Assembly: GCA_964247055.1 (NCBI GenBank) | Contig: OZ176052.1 | Span: 8,556,001 to 8,620,000, forward strand | Direction: 5' to 3' | DNA length: 64,000 nt | From: Paragordius varius | Taxonomy: Eukaryota > Animalia > Nematomorpha | In this document: in pieces, positions 25,805-38,687 of the stretch | How the letters are laid out: each line of letters opens with the position of its first letter | How positions within the stretch are numbered: position 1 is the stretch's first letter | The notes under the pieces: generated by a model | Database searches by the model: none | The model's input: only the letters and a program-made list of their open reading frames with translations | What the model was told of the DNA's origin: nothing | Made by a program: the position numbers and the translations under genes

Positions 25805-26521
25805 TTACGAATAAAAGGTTATTTCGAAATCATATGCCATATATAATAAATTTTGAATAATAGTTACGGGAATAATAATTTTCTATATAATTTTCCGTAA
25901 GATAATTATAACAAAAAATGAACTTTCTAAACTTGATCAAACATTTAATAAAATATCATAAATTAATTTTGTTAATTATGAATTTTGAGGCACCTCTTTT
26001 TGCGGAAACCCTGGGTGAAAGAGCCATTCTGAATCTTACGATGGAGTCCGAGATTTATCGCCAGCGAAAGGCTGCAATCATAAGCGGTTTGACCGATCCA
26101 AAATCCAATTTTATGCATAACTTGAGCAGAAAATAAAATACAACCAATTAAAAATAGCTTACTCTTAGTTTTTTACCGCGGAACCGTTTCTTTACAAATT
26201 ATGGGTTTATTTTTACAGAGGGAACCATATCGAATTCCAAAATAATTTTTTTGAATAAATAAAAGGTGATTAATATATATTCATAAGTAATTATTTTTAT
26301 TAATTTCAAAAAGCGGTACAAAAATGGGCGCAATACAGTCGTTTTTCTGAAAATCCAATACTGTACTGCGAAAAACAGCCTATCTGGTCACATTACCTAA
26401 CATCTTGTTCCCAAACTAAAAAAATTTTGCAATATTTTGATACTCACCACGCGTGGCCTATTTTATCTTATATACTCACTCCTATCAACCTATATCCTAT
26501 CATTTCAATTTTTATTTAACG

Positions 26522-28053
26522 CTAGCGTAAATCTCGTGCTGTTACGCAGCCCGAGGAAGTCCTTCAAACTTCTGGGGGGGGGGGGGCTATTTGAAAAAAA
26601 GGAACAATAAATGTGGATTAATTTGAAAAGGATTTTCAAAACGGTGCATTCATATTAATATATTGTTTACTGGTGTAAAGGCCCCAAATTGACGGTTAAC
26701 GGTAAGAACCCCTAATAATTTTTACCTTTTTATGGGTAATATTTAAAGCCTTTATTGAACTCATACGGCTTCTTAAGTTTTTTGAAAATTAGCTCTAAAG
26801 CCAAGCCATTTTTGTATGGAGTCTCAGTTTTAAACCGGTAGACCCCTACCCATAGGCCTTTATGGAAAAAGCGCTAAGTTAATTTTTTTTATAGGGAAAA
26901 TATTTGGAATCATCTTTGAGACCATCGTCTCATGATCGAAAAAATACCTCAACACTAAATAATCATTATATGATGGCGTATATTTAGGGCATAAAGGCCC
27001 CAAATTAACGGCTAATTAGGCCTGACCCTAATTTTTACCTAGTTATGGTAATATTTCGAACTATAAATGAGCTCATATGGCATTAGTTTTAAATTAGTTC
27101 CAAAACAACGCCTTTTCTATATAGTGGCAGAGTTTTTGGCGAGTAGTTCCTTACCCAGAGGCAGGTATAAAAAAGCGTCGGGCAAAATTTTTGTCTTTAT
27201 ATGGGGAATATCTGGAATTATAATGTCCATATGTTCCTATAAGTTCTTTGAAATATTGCTTCAAAACCAAAAAATTGTTCTATGGCGGCGAATTTTTCAG
27301 GGGGTAAAACTTTTCCTAGCGACTTATTGAAATATCCCCCTATACTAAAATATTTGTTTTAGGGGTAATAAATATTTTAGGCCATTATTGAACTTATATA
27401 GTCTCATAAGTGAAATTCGGCTCCAAAGGCATACTGTATCGATATAATGACGCAATTTTACGCGAGCCTTTACCCAGAGCTTATTTAACCGCTAAATTAA
27501 AAAATCCTCTCGACTTAAATTTTTGCCTTTTTACGGGTAATATTTTAAGCGCGGATTGTATCTCCTTACCCAGCAGCTATCATCAAAGCAACGCTTGACT
27601 TAAATTTTTGCCTTTTAACAGGGAATACCTGAAATCCTTATTGAATTTTTACGGTCACATACCTTTGGGGAAAATGGAATCAAAAAATTATTTTTGTGGA
27701 CTTATTTTTTTTAAAAAATGGCATTTTACGGGGGGAGCGGGTAAAAAGAAGGCCTAAATTAAAAAAAGCGAACCTAATATGTTCGGCACAATCTAAAATA
27801 AGTAAATAAATCATATTTGAAATCTAATGGTCCAACACGTTTTCGGAATTGTCTCAAAGACACGATTGTAGACTTGTGTTTTAGAAAAGTTGATTTTTAC
27901 AGGGGTGGGCCCGAATTGGGGGCTTAATTCGAAAAAAGGGCGAAGCTATAGTCGGGGCATTCATGATTATATTTTTTCGGTATTTGGATTTGAATAGATC
28001 TACCGGTTTTCCGAAAACAGATCACAGAGCCAACACTTTCCATTTTTATAAGA
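26522..28053 (-). mobile_element. Longer non-autonomous Helitron of the same family with an internal degenerate repeat array
   Basis: Minus-strand 5' A|TCTTATAAAAATGG at 28053; 27560-28050 is the reverse complement of the 24350-24850 unit; the same hairpin plus CTAG occurs at 26522-26556. The 3' flank is C rather than T. Confidence 0.7.
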
Positions 28054-28760
28054 TTATGTTTTCCCTGCTTTAAAACCATTATGGGACTGTTCCATTCCTG
28101 TATCTGAGTGGGAAACACTCAAGGGATATATTAAATGTGCTCGTCGTAATCTCCTAATCATTAAACAAAAACCTGAGTTGTGATTAATAATAAATGTTTA
28201 AACCTAATATATTATTATAAACCGCAAAATAAAGCTAAATAAGCTATGAATTTTAATAATAGCATATAAATATATACTTCTATATGCATATTTTTTAATT
28301 TAAACATTAAATCTGTTATTTTGAAATATATTACATATTGATGAGTAAAGTAATATTTAGAAATTTATATGGATCTTGATTTTCCTGAAATATATTCTTT
28401 GGAGGTTTAAGCTTTACAAAATGTTTGCAAAAATACCAATGATCTGAGTCAAATGTGTTTCAAGTACTGTAATTACAGTTTACACTAAGGAGACAACTGA
28501 AACATGGTCGCACGAAGGAGTAACGTTGACGCTTGTAATGTCTATCCAAAATTGGTCTACATTAAAGGCCACACTCATTTAGAAGCAAAAGAAAACCCCT
28601 TCAACACCAAAGTTAAGAGCTTAAAATTAACTCTATATTTGACCCGACATAGACCTTTGACATTACTTTCTGGAGTAAGGATCAAACCCTGTTTGTACGG
28701 TTATTAAAAGCCAAATACTGCTTTACCTACCTAACAAGGCGAAATTAAAATCTTTTTTAT

Positions 28761-28792
<32 letters not shown>

Positions 28793-28796
28793 GCTT

Positions 28797-28963
28797 ATTG
28801 ACAATACTAACTCATATTAACACATCTAACATGAAGGCATTTATTTATATATGTTGATACTAACACCCAACCTCCGATGTGTCTCCCCGCTCTGAAGCTC
28901 AATGCGTTACGGATGGGTAAGGTTGCCTTGACGGCTGGTGGCCGACGATCTTCCGACGCTACA
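28797..28963 (-). mobile_element. Possible short solo LTR
   Basis: Minus strand: purine tract AAGTAAAGGG, then TGTAGCG..., an internal TATAAATAAA, ending TGTCA next to (TA)n. No TSD or second copy seen. Confidence 0.25.
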
Positions 28964-29337
28964 CCCTTTACTTGTTACATTTTTCAACCAAAAAATTAAT
29001 TTATTTACCTATTAAATTAGCCACAAAATATTAAAAAATGGAGGCGAAAAGTAACGAGATGAGGATTTTTTTACAATATAGACTGTTTTAAAAGAGCTTA
29101 CAATAATTTGAAACGATTTTTATATTTAGTTATGTCTTCAGATACTGTTATAAAACATCAATCACGGGGTTGAAATAAATATTCCGATTACATTATTAGG
29201 TAATTATTAACATAATAATTTGGAAGATAAATATATATAAAAGTATGGACAATTTTTACATTAGATATATATATTTTAACATTGATTAATGAATTGGCCA
29301 ATGATTTTTGATAGATAATAATCATGCATGCATTAAC

Positions 29338-32300
29338 ATGACTGAGTCTGAACAGCCCCTCTTAGTTTTTGGTTATGGGACAAAAATATTTGGTGATGAT
29401 GAAAAGGCTTTATTTCTACATAAAGGGCATCATTTGATTCCGTGGATCGGTGACCAAAAAATTTTGATAGACAGGTGGGTTACATTCATTTTATATTAAA
29501 CAACTTTTTTTACAAATGTCTAACATTTTTAGGTGGTAGCTCATGTACACTATCAAATATGGAAATCTCAGTTTCGTAGGTAATGGATGGCGCCACGAAT
29601 ATAAATATAATATACTATAATTTATTTTAAAATATCAAATAATTATGCCTTCGTGTATTTTTGTTTAGATATGATTGCCGTGGATACTTAAGCGAATTAC
29701 CCATAAACTCATCTTCAAACGAAGATTTTGATAATCAAATAGAAGTTTTATGCCACGAGGAACGTTACCGCTCTATGGGAAATGATCCATATGAAGGTTA
29801 TTTTTTGTTTGTCTTTAATTATCGTCAAATTTATTTCATGTTTCGCTTATATAATAATAGCCTAAAAATATACTCTAACATATTTTGATCTTTGGTCATC
29901 ATATTTATTTACCCTTCCTATAATATATTTTTAGATGAGATTCAAAAATTGCATCAAGAAATAGCGTCTGATGCATCTAAATACAGTAGCATAGGATATA
30001 CTTACGAAGACTCAGCATCTACAGAACAGTCCACTAACGAAAGTAATATATATTCATTTTTTAAACAAAAATTATTTGATACGATTTTTCTAATTTTAAA
30101 TTGTAAAAATACACAAGTTAATTATATTTAATCAATATAATATTTGTTGACAGCTTTGTTAAAACCCGAAATATAGATAATAATTAAGGATGGAATAATT
30201 TTATATTTATAATGTTATAATAAACCTTGGAATACATAGTTTATAGTAAACCCTATATTTACTTTTTGTAAATATTCTTTAAAATCTGTTAGAGAAATCT
30301 TTAAAAAGCTTATATTTAGAAATACACTAATATTTTGTTGAAAAATAATTTTTTATATTTAGTTGATGACCCCTTTGTCCCGCCTGAAAATTTGCCCATA
30401 CCTCCAAATATGGAAATAGTATTTTTTTATATAATCATATTTTCGATATCTGATATTTTATGATATAATTTTACTTCAAATTATATAACTATTATAATAA
30501 ATTATACTATTATTTAGCCATCATCAGTTAAACAAAATTCTATAATTGAAATGACTGCTGAATTTGTTTTGCGCCAAGGACCACAAATGGAAATTGTTAT
30601 GAAAACTCGACAAAGTATTTGTTAGCAAATGTTGTCATATATTTCTTTATAACTCTTGCCATTAATTATTATTTTATAAATTGACAAGAAATTACTTTAC
30701 TGTGTATTAAGATAAGATATAAAGATTTTTGTTTTTAATGCGGTTTGGTATCTTTTTTTAAATAAAAAGTGTTTCTTTTGTAAAATCCTCATTTTTATTT
30801 ATGTGTTAAAATTAGTCATGATTTCTATATTTTATGAAGTTTTTCTATGCCATTAGCACTTCAAGAGTGTCCTTGAACAGTTCAAGTTGGTCCTTGAACA
30901 ATTCAAGTCGGTCCTTGAACACTTCAAGTTGGTCCTTGAATTTTTCAAGTTGGTCCTTAAAATTTATAAATTTTGATTTAACCATAATTTTTGCATTTGT
31001 TTTTTTATTTTATTATTTATTGACCTAATTTTCTATATTTATAATATATATTCATATTGAAAAACCACTTTTTTGTTTAAACTATTTTTTTCAATTGAAC
31101 AAAATTATTGCCTTTTAAATGTTTTCAATGAAAAATTTTAATTAATAACCCAGAAAACTTATATATTTTTTCATTTCGTGTTAAAATCTTATAAATATCC
31201 AAAATTATTTTAAGAAATTAAAAAAGATATACAGTTCTTCAAAGATTAAAAGTTGATATCGATTTAAAATTTATCTTAAATAATAGAAAATAGGTTAAAA
31301 ACAATAAAATATATGAATCATTTACGATTTCATTGATAAAAGTTAAAAACAAAACAAAAAAGTCAAAGGACCAACTTGAACTGTTTAAGGACCAACTTGA
31401 ATTGTCCAAGGACCTTGAAATGTTCAAGGACACTCTTGAAGTGCAAATGGTATATTTTTAATTATAAAATTATTTGTATTTGGTTGTATTTTATAAACAA
31501 TTATTATTTACCGTTTTCTATTTTACAATCGATTAAATATTGTTAGACAAAAACCCTTTGTTCAAATTCATGAATCACGATGATATGCTATACCCATATT
31601 ACCGGCATATGATGCAACTTATTAAGGAAAAACTCTATCACCCAATCAAGCCATTACCAAAGAAAAAAGGTATTTAATAAATATTTTTAAATGATTTATC
31701 CGAAAAATAATACTCTTTATAAAAAACAACACCTTTTCACTAAATGATAAAACAAATATTTTATTCTTTTGAATTACAGTTTGAATAATGCATTGCTAGC
31801 TTATCATTTAATATTGCCACATAGCCTATACGGTAATTATTAGCTAATAAGGAAAAAGCTAAAAATTTTAAGCCAATAATTTGCTTTTTGTTCATACTTT
31901 CTGGCAATAGTTATTAAAAAATAGCAATGCACTCATACTGTATCTTGATTTTTATATGAAAGCTGTTTTTATAAATGAAAAAATAATTTTTTTGAATGAA
32001 AATTTAATCTTTTTTTAATGATTAGAGGAAAAAGACACTCACGGTTCTGAATCTGACAATTTAACTGATGAAAATGATTCCGATGACGATGGTTATTTGC
32101 ATCCGAGTTTGTTTAAAAATCAAGCTCCACCTAAATCGGTAAGCACACTATTTATAAATTTAAAATGGTAAGGGCAATAAAAAGTAAAAAAACACCTATC
32201 TTTTCTCAAATGACAACAAATTTTTCCTAGCTTGATATTTTAACAAAATGATAACAATTGTAAAATATATTATCGAGATATTACCAATTTACATTTTAAT

Positions 32301-33524
32301 TTATTAGCCAAAATGATAAAAATAAAACAACATTGAAAAGATATGATGTTTTACAAAAAAATTGTCTCTGTTTATTTGTAATTTCAATTTTTAACTGTAA
32401 AGTTAGATAAATAAATTTTTAAAATATTGATTTTATTTAATATGTGTTTATTGGGATATTAGGAAAATTTGGTTGAAAAAGCCGTGCAAGATATTAAAGC
32501 TATTAGGGAGCGAGAATTAGAACGTCAAGAAGCTCAACGGAAAGAATTTGAAAAACGCCAAAAGGTAGGTTTTTTGGTTAAATTTATTTATTTTTTATCG
32601 GAAAAGTACTATCGAATTTTTACTTTTGTTAAAATCTGTTCAATAATTAATTTTATATTTTCCTAGGAAATGCTCGATAAAATCATTCTTTCTTCACGGA
32701 CTGGTGATGATCCATATAGTAAGTTAGTGTCACAAATACAGCAACAAAATGCTCAATTTAAGTATAATACTTATACATATCTACTCACATGTTTTAAATA
32801 TAGGACCTTACTTTTTTGATATTATTTTGTCTTAGAAGTAGGCATATATATAGGACTTTTAAACTCTCTTATTTTTCTATTAAAAATGTATGAATAATTT
32901 GAATATTTATCCAATTAATATAATCGATACCGTATTATTATTGTTGATTAATTGGCAAATAATAAAATAATACTACATTTTATCATCAAAAATATATTTC
33001 AAAATTTTTGATATTTCTTTTTTAACAAAATAAGAAAGTTAGATGAGGAAACGTTAAAGATTAAAGACAAATATTTGCTATTTACAAAATCCCTATAATT
33101 GCCATTGTCGAGTGTGTTATTGAGTGTCTTACCAATTTACATATCTAATACCACTCTGAGAGATAGGTTTTTAAAAAATCCTAGCTTAAAAAATAGTTGT
33201 CTTTAAGAAAAAAATTTTTTACGGTTTTGTCTGAATAATTTCATATTTATCGTAAAAATAGGAAAGGTAATATTAATGATGATGAAACGGGGAGCGAAGA
33301 TGAAGAAGACGATTTTACCCTGTACCCTGATACCAGCGATATAGAGGATGCTTTGCCACCCGAGAGGTATATATTGCGTAAAAATTGCTTAAAGCTTTTA
33401 AAATATCTATGCCAAATATTTAATTTTTTAAAAAAAAACGTTTATTCGAGTGTAAAAGTGGCCAAAAATAAGGACGAGTTTGGTCAAAATGTTTAAACAT
33501 TGATATAGTTTCGAGTCTTGGAGC

Positions 33525-33579
<55 letters not shown>

Positions 33580-34511
33580 TACAATTCAATTTCACCCTTA
33601 AACAATTCAAATTCACCCTCGAACAATTCAAATTCACCCTTGAACAATTCAAATTCACCCTCGAACAATTCAAATTCACCCTTGAACAATTCAAATTCAC
33701 AATAAAATATATGTTTTTTAAGATTAAAAATTGCCTCTTTTTTATATATTTTTAAAAAATAAAAATTTTGTTTTCAATTAAAATATTACTGAAAAAATAA
33801 TAAACTATACCATAAACATATATTTTATATTAATTATGAAATATATTAGTTCGAAAACACAAAATTTATTTTTAGGGTGAATTTGAATTGTTCAAGGTGA
33901 ATTTTCGAGGGTGAATTTGAATTGTTCGAGGGTGAATTTGAATTGTTCAAGGGTGAATTTGAACTGTAAATGGTATATATATATATATATATACCTTAAC
34001 AAAAATTTTTTTTTTCATGAGATAGCTTATGACCAGTGAATTTATTTGCCGCAAAAATTTTAATTTGTTGACGACTTAGTTATTAAAATATTAAGAGAAA
34101 ACCGAAATCGAAATAGAAATTTAGGATAATTAAGGCTAATTAAAAAAACAATGATAAAAGTTGAGATATTATGGTTTTTATCATTTTAGGAGATAATAGT
34201 AATATATAAATAGCCTAATAGGGTTTTTATAAAATCTCAGTCTAAAAGATGGCGTTTTTCTTTTAAAACACTTAAAAGTTAAATTTTTTTTATTAAACTA
34301 TATTAAAATCATTTTTTTAATTAGGTACTAGCTAAACTCACTATTAAAATTTGATATTCATATTTTATTCAGTAAAAAAAACTTCTATATTAAATTAAAA
34401 CTATAAAATATTGTTTTTTATTTTTTCCTTATGTTGTCATCTGGTTTTTTATTTTGGAATCTTACATGAGTGGAAGTTATAATTAATGCAAAATAGGATT
34501 TTAAAGTTGTG

Positions 34512-34546
<35 letters not shown>

Positions 34547-37500
34547 TTAAAGTCTGGAATTTTGGGTTATCTTAAAATTATTAATGCATATACAGTTTTA
34601 TAGAAAAACATTTTTATTTGTAATTTAGTTATTTACGGAATTGATTTTTTTCGAAAATCAATCTTCTATTTTTTCAATCTGTAAATGTTCATAGTATAAA
34701 TTATTTTAAAAACTCTATTTTATTTGTTGTAAAGCAAATTGGATGGGAAATGCAAAAAACACCTGATACGAAAGCGTAAAAAACGCTATTGTGCTTCCTC
34801 AGAAAAGATGAATGCTTTAATTGAGCGGGTTTCATTTATTGAAGCTTATGCCCGATATTTGGAGGAAAAACCATGTTTTATCCAGGAGCAAAGTAAAATT
34901 GCAATTACTAAATTGGTCGAATATGTGATACGTAATGGACCAGCATTTGAACAAGAAATTGCGGCCAAAAATACGGATAATAGGTGGATATTTTAAATTT
35001 AGTAGTTTATTAATATTTTAATCTTATATCCTGGAAAATTAGTTTTTTGATGACGATCAAAAAATTATTGTTCTTTTTGATTTAACATAAACATTTTCCT
35101 TTACCTAGTTTTTATCAAAATTTATGAGTTTATGATTGCTTTTAGATTAAAAAAATGAATTGGCTAATAAAATAACTTTGTTAGCATTTTCCATTTTATA
35201 CACTAAATAAGGTTGGGTTTAACCGGTTTAAAAAATTATAACCGTTATTGCGTATAAATGCTCTCATTCATATTATAAGCGGTCATCATTGCAATTTTAA
35301 ATATTTGTTACCAAAACAAAGTTACCCGTTTAAATTGGATTTTAATAATTACTTTATATATTTATAGCAATTAATGCAATTTTTATATTGTTTTTTATAT
35401 AATTAATTATTTGATAAAGTTTTTCACTATGTATATTTTTATTAAGCGAAGGTTATGAAGGAATGACTGGTCAGACCCAACCTAACACTAAATAAAGGAC
35501 CATTTGATAATGTGGCTCTTTGTGTTAGCACTATATTAATTATCTTATATTTATTATTAGATTTGCTTTTCTAGTCAATCCAGCTCATGTGTTTTACCCC
35601 TATTATGTGTTTGAATTGAAACGTTTGTTCGAACACATAACTAATGCATATTCTACAATGTACGATAACATGTATGCAGTTTTTGGTGCCGTGGATAAAA
35701 ACACCAATACTAAACAAAATGATAGCCAAACCGAAAATTTTATTGAAGGCAACAATCAAAATAATGAGAATACAAACCAACAAGATAATCAATCGAAAGG
35801 ACAAATTATCGAAGATAACAGTCTATATAAAGTTGATGGGGAATTAATTATACCAGGGGTGGAATTTAAAAGAACCGATTTGACTCACAAAGAAAATTTA
35901 TGTTGGAGATTGCATTTTAAACAGGTCTTAGTCGAAGCCCGAAGGAAAAAGAGTATTGCCATTTTAATCATTAATGTCAAAATCAATTTTTCATAATGTA
36001 TTAATTTTATGTCAATAATAAGTTTAATTTATAAATTCCAAATATTAATTCATTACAGAAATCAAAGCAGACAAAGCCGAAGCTGATAAGGGTCTACTCA
36101 AATTAAAGGATAATAAACTTATACATGGTAAATATTATATTTTTAGTATTTTATTACTTTAAATTAATATTTTTGTATGGTTAAGTGTTTGCTATTCTAT
36201 TTATTGGGTGTTTAAATAAAATATATATATTGTACTATTAGGTTTAGGGACCATTATTAATATTTATAGATAATACCTTGGATTTATTTTAATTGGTTTA
36301 TTAATGGATGTTATGCCTAGAATAAATTTTGTTACATGTTAATCGACAAATTTTGCTGTAGAATTTATGTACGGTTGTTTCTCGCTTAACACCCTAGATT
36401 ATTATAAGAGTGGGATGATTTCCTGTTTCGAATCTATATTTAAAACATTTGGGTGATTTTATTATTATTTTGGAAACAATCATTATGGAATGAATTGGTC
36501 ATTTAATATTGATGTAAGTTGATGAGGCAGTGATTGAAAGAAATAAATTGAAAAGTATAATTATGGCTGGGTAATCGTCTCCATAAACTAATTTTGCGTT
36601 TCGTATATCTAAATGTAATCTATCGCACATGTATCAATCAATCTGATTTGTTATGCAATATTAAAAAGTACATATTCAAAACCTTGGATTATCAATCGTT
36701 AATATATTAAAACAATTAAAATAACTCTTAGTTTACGAAACAAAAATTAACAACGAAAGATCTGATAATGTCAAACGGGATAATTCTTAATTGAATATTG
36801 GAAAAGCACAAAGCCTTTCCCATTTTTTCTAAAATATTTCGATATGGGTGATAAATAAAATAATCATTGCATTACAGCAGGTAACGATTCTTGATTGATT
36901 ATACGCAGCTCTTTAAAAGATTTTTGCCAATTTATTTTGTAAATTGACCCATTGTGTACCTTTAAAAATTTGTTTATGTTGTGGAATACCATTTATGTTT
37001 GCATTACGCTTAAAATGATTTTTAATTAAACACCTTTTAGTTTTTTACCTATAATATTTATATGAATAATTTGTATTAGATCCCGTGTGTTTTAGTATTA
37101 AGGCCCGTAAAGAGGATAAAACACTTCCTTTCAGCCAAGTTACGATGCTTTTATACGAGGACGAGGAATCTCCGGCCTCTAATGGTGTTTCATCCAACAA
37201 TTCAGATGATAATAATAATATTGATGGTTTTGAAAAACGAAGCAATCCTCCTGAAACACACTCAAATCCTCCAGTTAAATATCTTAATCTTGAAAATGAA
37301 CCAATAACTAATGTTATACAAGAACCCCAAATTAATTCAACAGCTATGGATGATAATCCTGGTATAAATTTTCCTTAAAGTTTAATCGAAAAAAGAATTT
37401 TATATGGATTATGAATTATGATTTAATCTATATATTAAGCAAAAAAACCTTTCTGTAATTTTAATTATAATTTTACTAAACATTTCATTACTTAATTAAA

Positions 37501-38591
37501 TGAATAGATGTATCAAAAATGTCAACTGTAATTGGCAAAACTACCAATGTCATGGAGTTTGATTTAATAATCCACAATAAAAACTCTAAAAGCAATTATA
37601 CTATATGTGAAAATCATATTTCAGAGTTACCATCATCATCTCATACTGATGTCGATACAACCCACAAAACTGTGGTGGCCAAACCTCACATAAGCGACAA
37701 AAAAAAGAAATATACAGACGGTAATACCGATTTAAGCTTACGCGTCAAGGCAGAAAGGAAAAAGAAAGCTGCCTTGTTTGTTAAAATGTTATTGAAACAA
37801 AAGGAATCAGATGGTGAAAAGCAAATCACTACCACGCAATCTTCAAAAGAAATAAGAGACAATAATTACCCATCATTAACGAATGCTAAGACTAACCTTG
37901 AGGTAAATGCGCTCAGGAATATGTAATTATTTTTAAAAAATAATGGGTCTTCATTTACAAGGATATTGAATATTCCTCATAATTTTATGACATTGTCTAT
38001 AAACTACTTGGCTAATAATTTTTTAATATACAATATTCTTTGACGTTTTAAAACGGTCCTATTTTTAAGGCTTACCGCCATAATCTGAGCAAATTGTTAT
38101 AGGCACTGTTAATAAAAAAAGTTATGACGAAGGTGGCATTAAAATTCTTCAGTTAAACAGTGCTTATGATGTAATACAAAAATAATACATACTATCGTTT
38201 TTTGCCAGACAAATTTGATACGAGATTATATTATGACATATGATAATAGGCTATATAAAACTTTATAACATAAACATAGCTAAAATATATTTATTTGACT
38301 TTTGTTATCAAGGTTAAAACGGATACCAATCAAACTATAACCAAAGATGATATGTTTGAAGATACATTCAATCCAAGTAATTCTATTCAAGAAGTAGAAA
38401 AAACTCCACCCAAAGCTCTTAATCAAGAAAACCTTGATGGTGAACCCTTATCGATCGAGTTGAAAGGCGATTTTTTAATCCATGAGCCAAGTGGAGAACA
38501 AAATAATACTATAAACGCCGATTTAGAAGACGGAGAAATAGATGACTCGCCTCCTTCCACATCACATAAAAAAAGATTGAAAAAAATGTGA
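29338..38591 (+). CDS. SFSWAP: Splicing factor suppressor-of-white-apricot (SWAP) homolog, 16 exons, ~909 aa
   Basis: Exons 29338-29474, 29669-29796, 29935-30042, 30363-30418, 30518-30614, 31547-31669, 32026-32138, 32463-32564, 32667-32761, 33262-33366, 34735-34983, 35561-35952, 36059-36127, 37080-37361, 37508-37902 and 38313-38591; phases close (2730 nt). Motifs: LLVFGY..IF.DD..A...[24 protein letters not shown] (DRY_EERY domain), two SURP domains ([29 protein letters not shown]; [25 protein letters not shown]), PVCFSIK and [11 protein letters not shown]. Confidence 0.9.
30848..31452. mobile_element. TA-flanked foldback MITE (family F2) with 21-bp subterminal repeats, in a SWAP intron
   Basis: Left CCATTAGCACTTCAAGAGTGTCC then (TTGAACAGTTCAAGTTGGTCC)n; the right end is the inverted array ending GAAGTGCAAATGGTA. 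Confidence 0.75.
33528..33574. repeat. (TA)n microsatellite; similar tracts at ~28764, ~34517, ~47178, ~51594 and ~57693
   Basis: Uninterrupted TA dinucleotide runs, read directly. Confidence 0.9.
33573..33975. mobile_element. TA-flanked foldback MITE (family F1) with 21-bp subterminal repeats, embedded in (TA)n
   Basis: (AACAATTCAAATTCACCCTTG)x5-6 on the left and the inverted array on the right, ending GTAAATGGTA; (TA)n tracts on both sides. Confidence 0.8.
35209..35484. mobile_element. MULE-like MITE with 9-bp TSD in a SWAP intron
   Basis: AAGGTTGGGTTTAACCGGTT...ACTGGTCAGACCCAACCTA; TSD ACACTAAAT at 35200-35208 and 35485-35493. Related termini occur at ~1486 (GGGTCGGCTCTGACCGGTTATAA) and ~59146 (TAGGTTGAGTCTGACCGGTTATAA). 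Confidence 0.7.
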
Positions 38592-38687
38592 TTATAAAAA
38601 AAATATACTATATATCATAAATAAATTATGTACATAGATTTATAATATATATATATATATATAATATATATATTGCTCAATAATCGT

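Larger units (their letters stand above)
23566..26396. mobile_element. Unclassified TIR element with 6-bp TSD (family B composite), interrupted by Helitrons
   Basis: Ends GTAATGTGATCAGA / TCTGGTCACATTAC (13/14 inverted match), flanked by CTAACA at 23560-23565 and 26397-26402. A second copy lacking the Helitron insert lies at 63196-64000 (minus). Confidence 0.6.

Noticed and set aside
24353-28118. Short ORFs in the 24-28 kb cluster as Helitron Rep/helicase
   Set aside because: No HUH or PIF1 motifs; they are chance ORFs in repeated units.
30834-33990. 21-bp arrays as CRISPR-like repeats or coding repeats (ORFs 30834-31028, 31239-31433, 33428-33700)
   Set aside because: There are no unique spacers or cas genes and the context is eukaryotic; the ORFs are read-throughs of MITE repeats.
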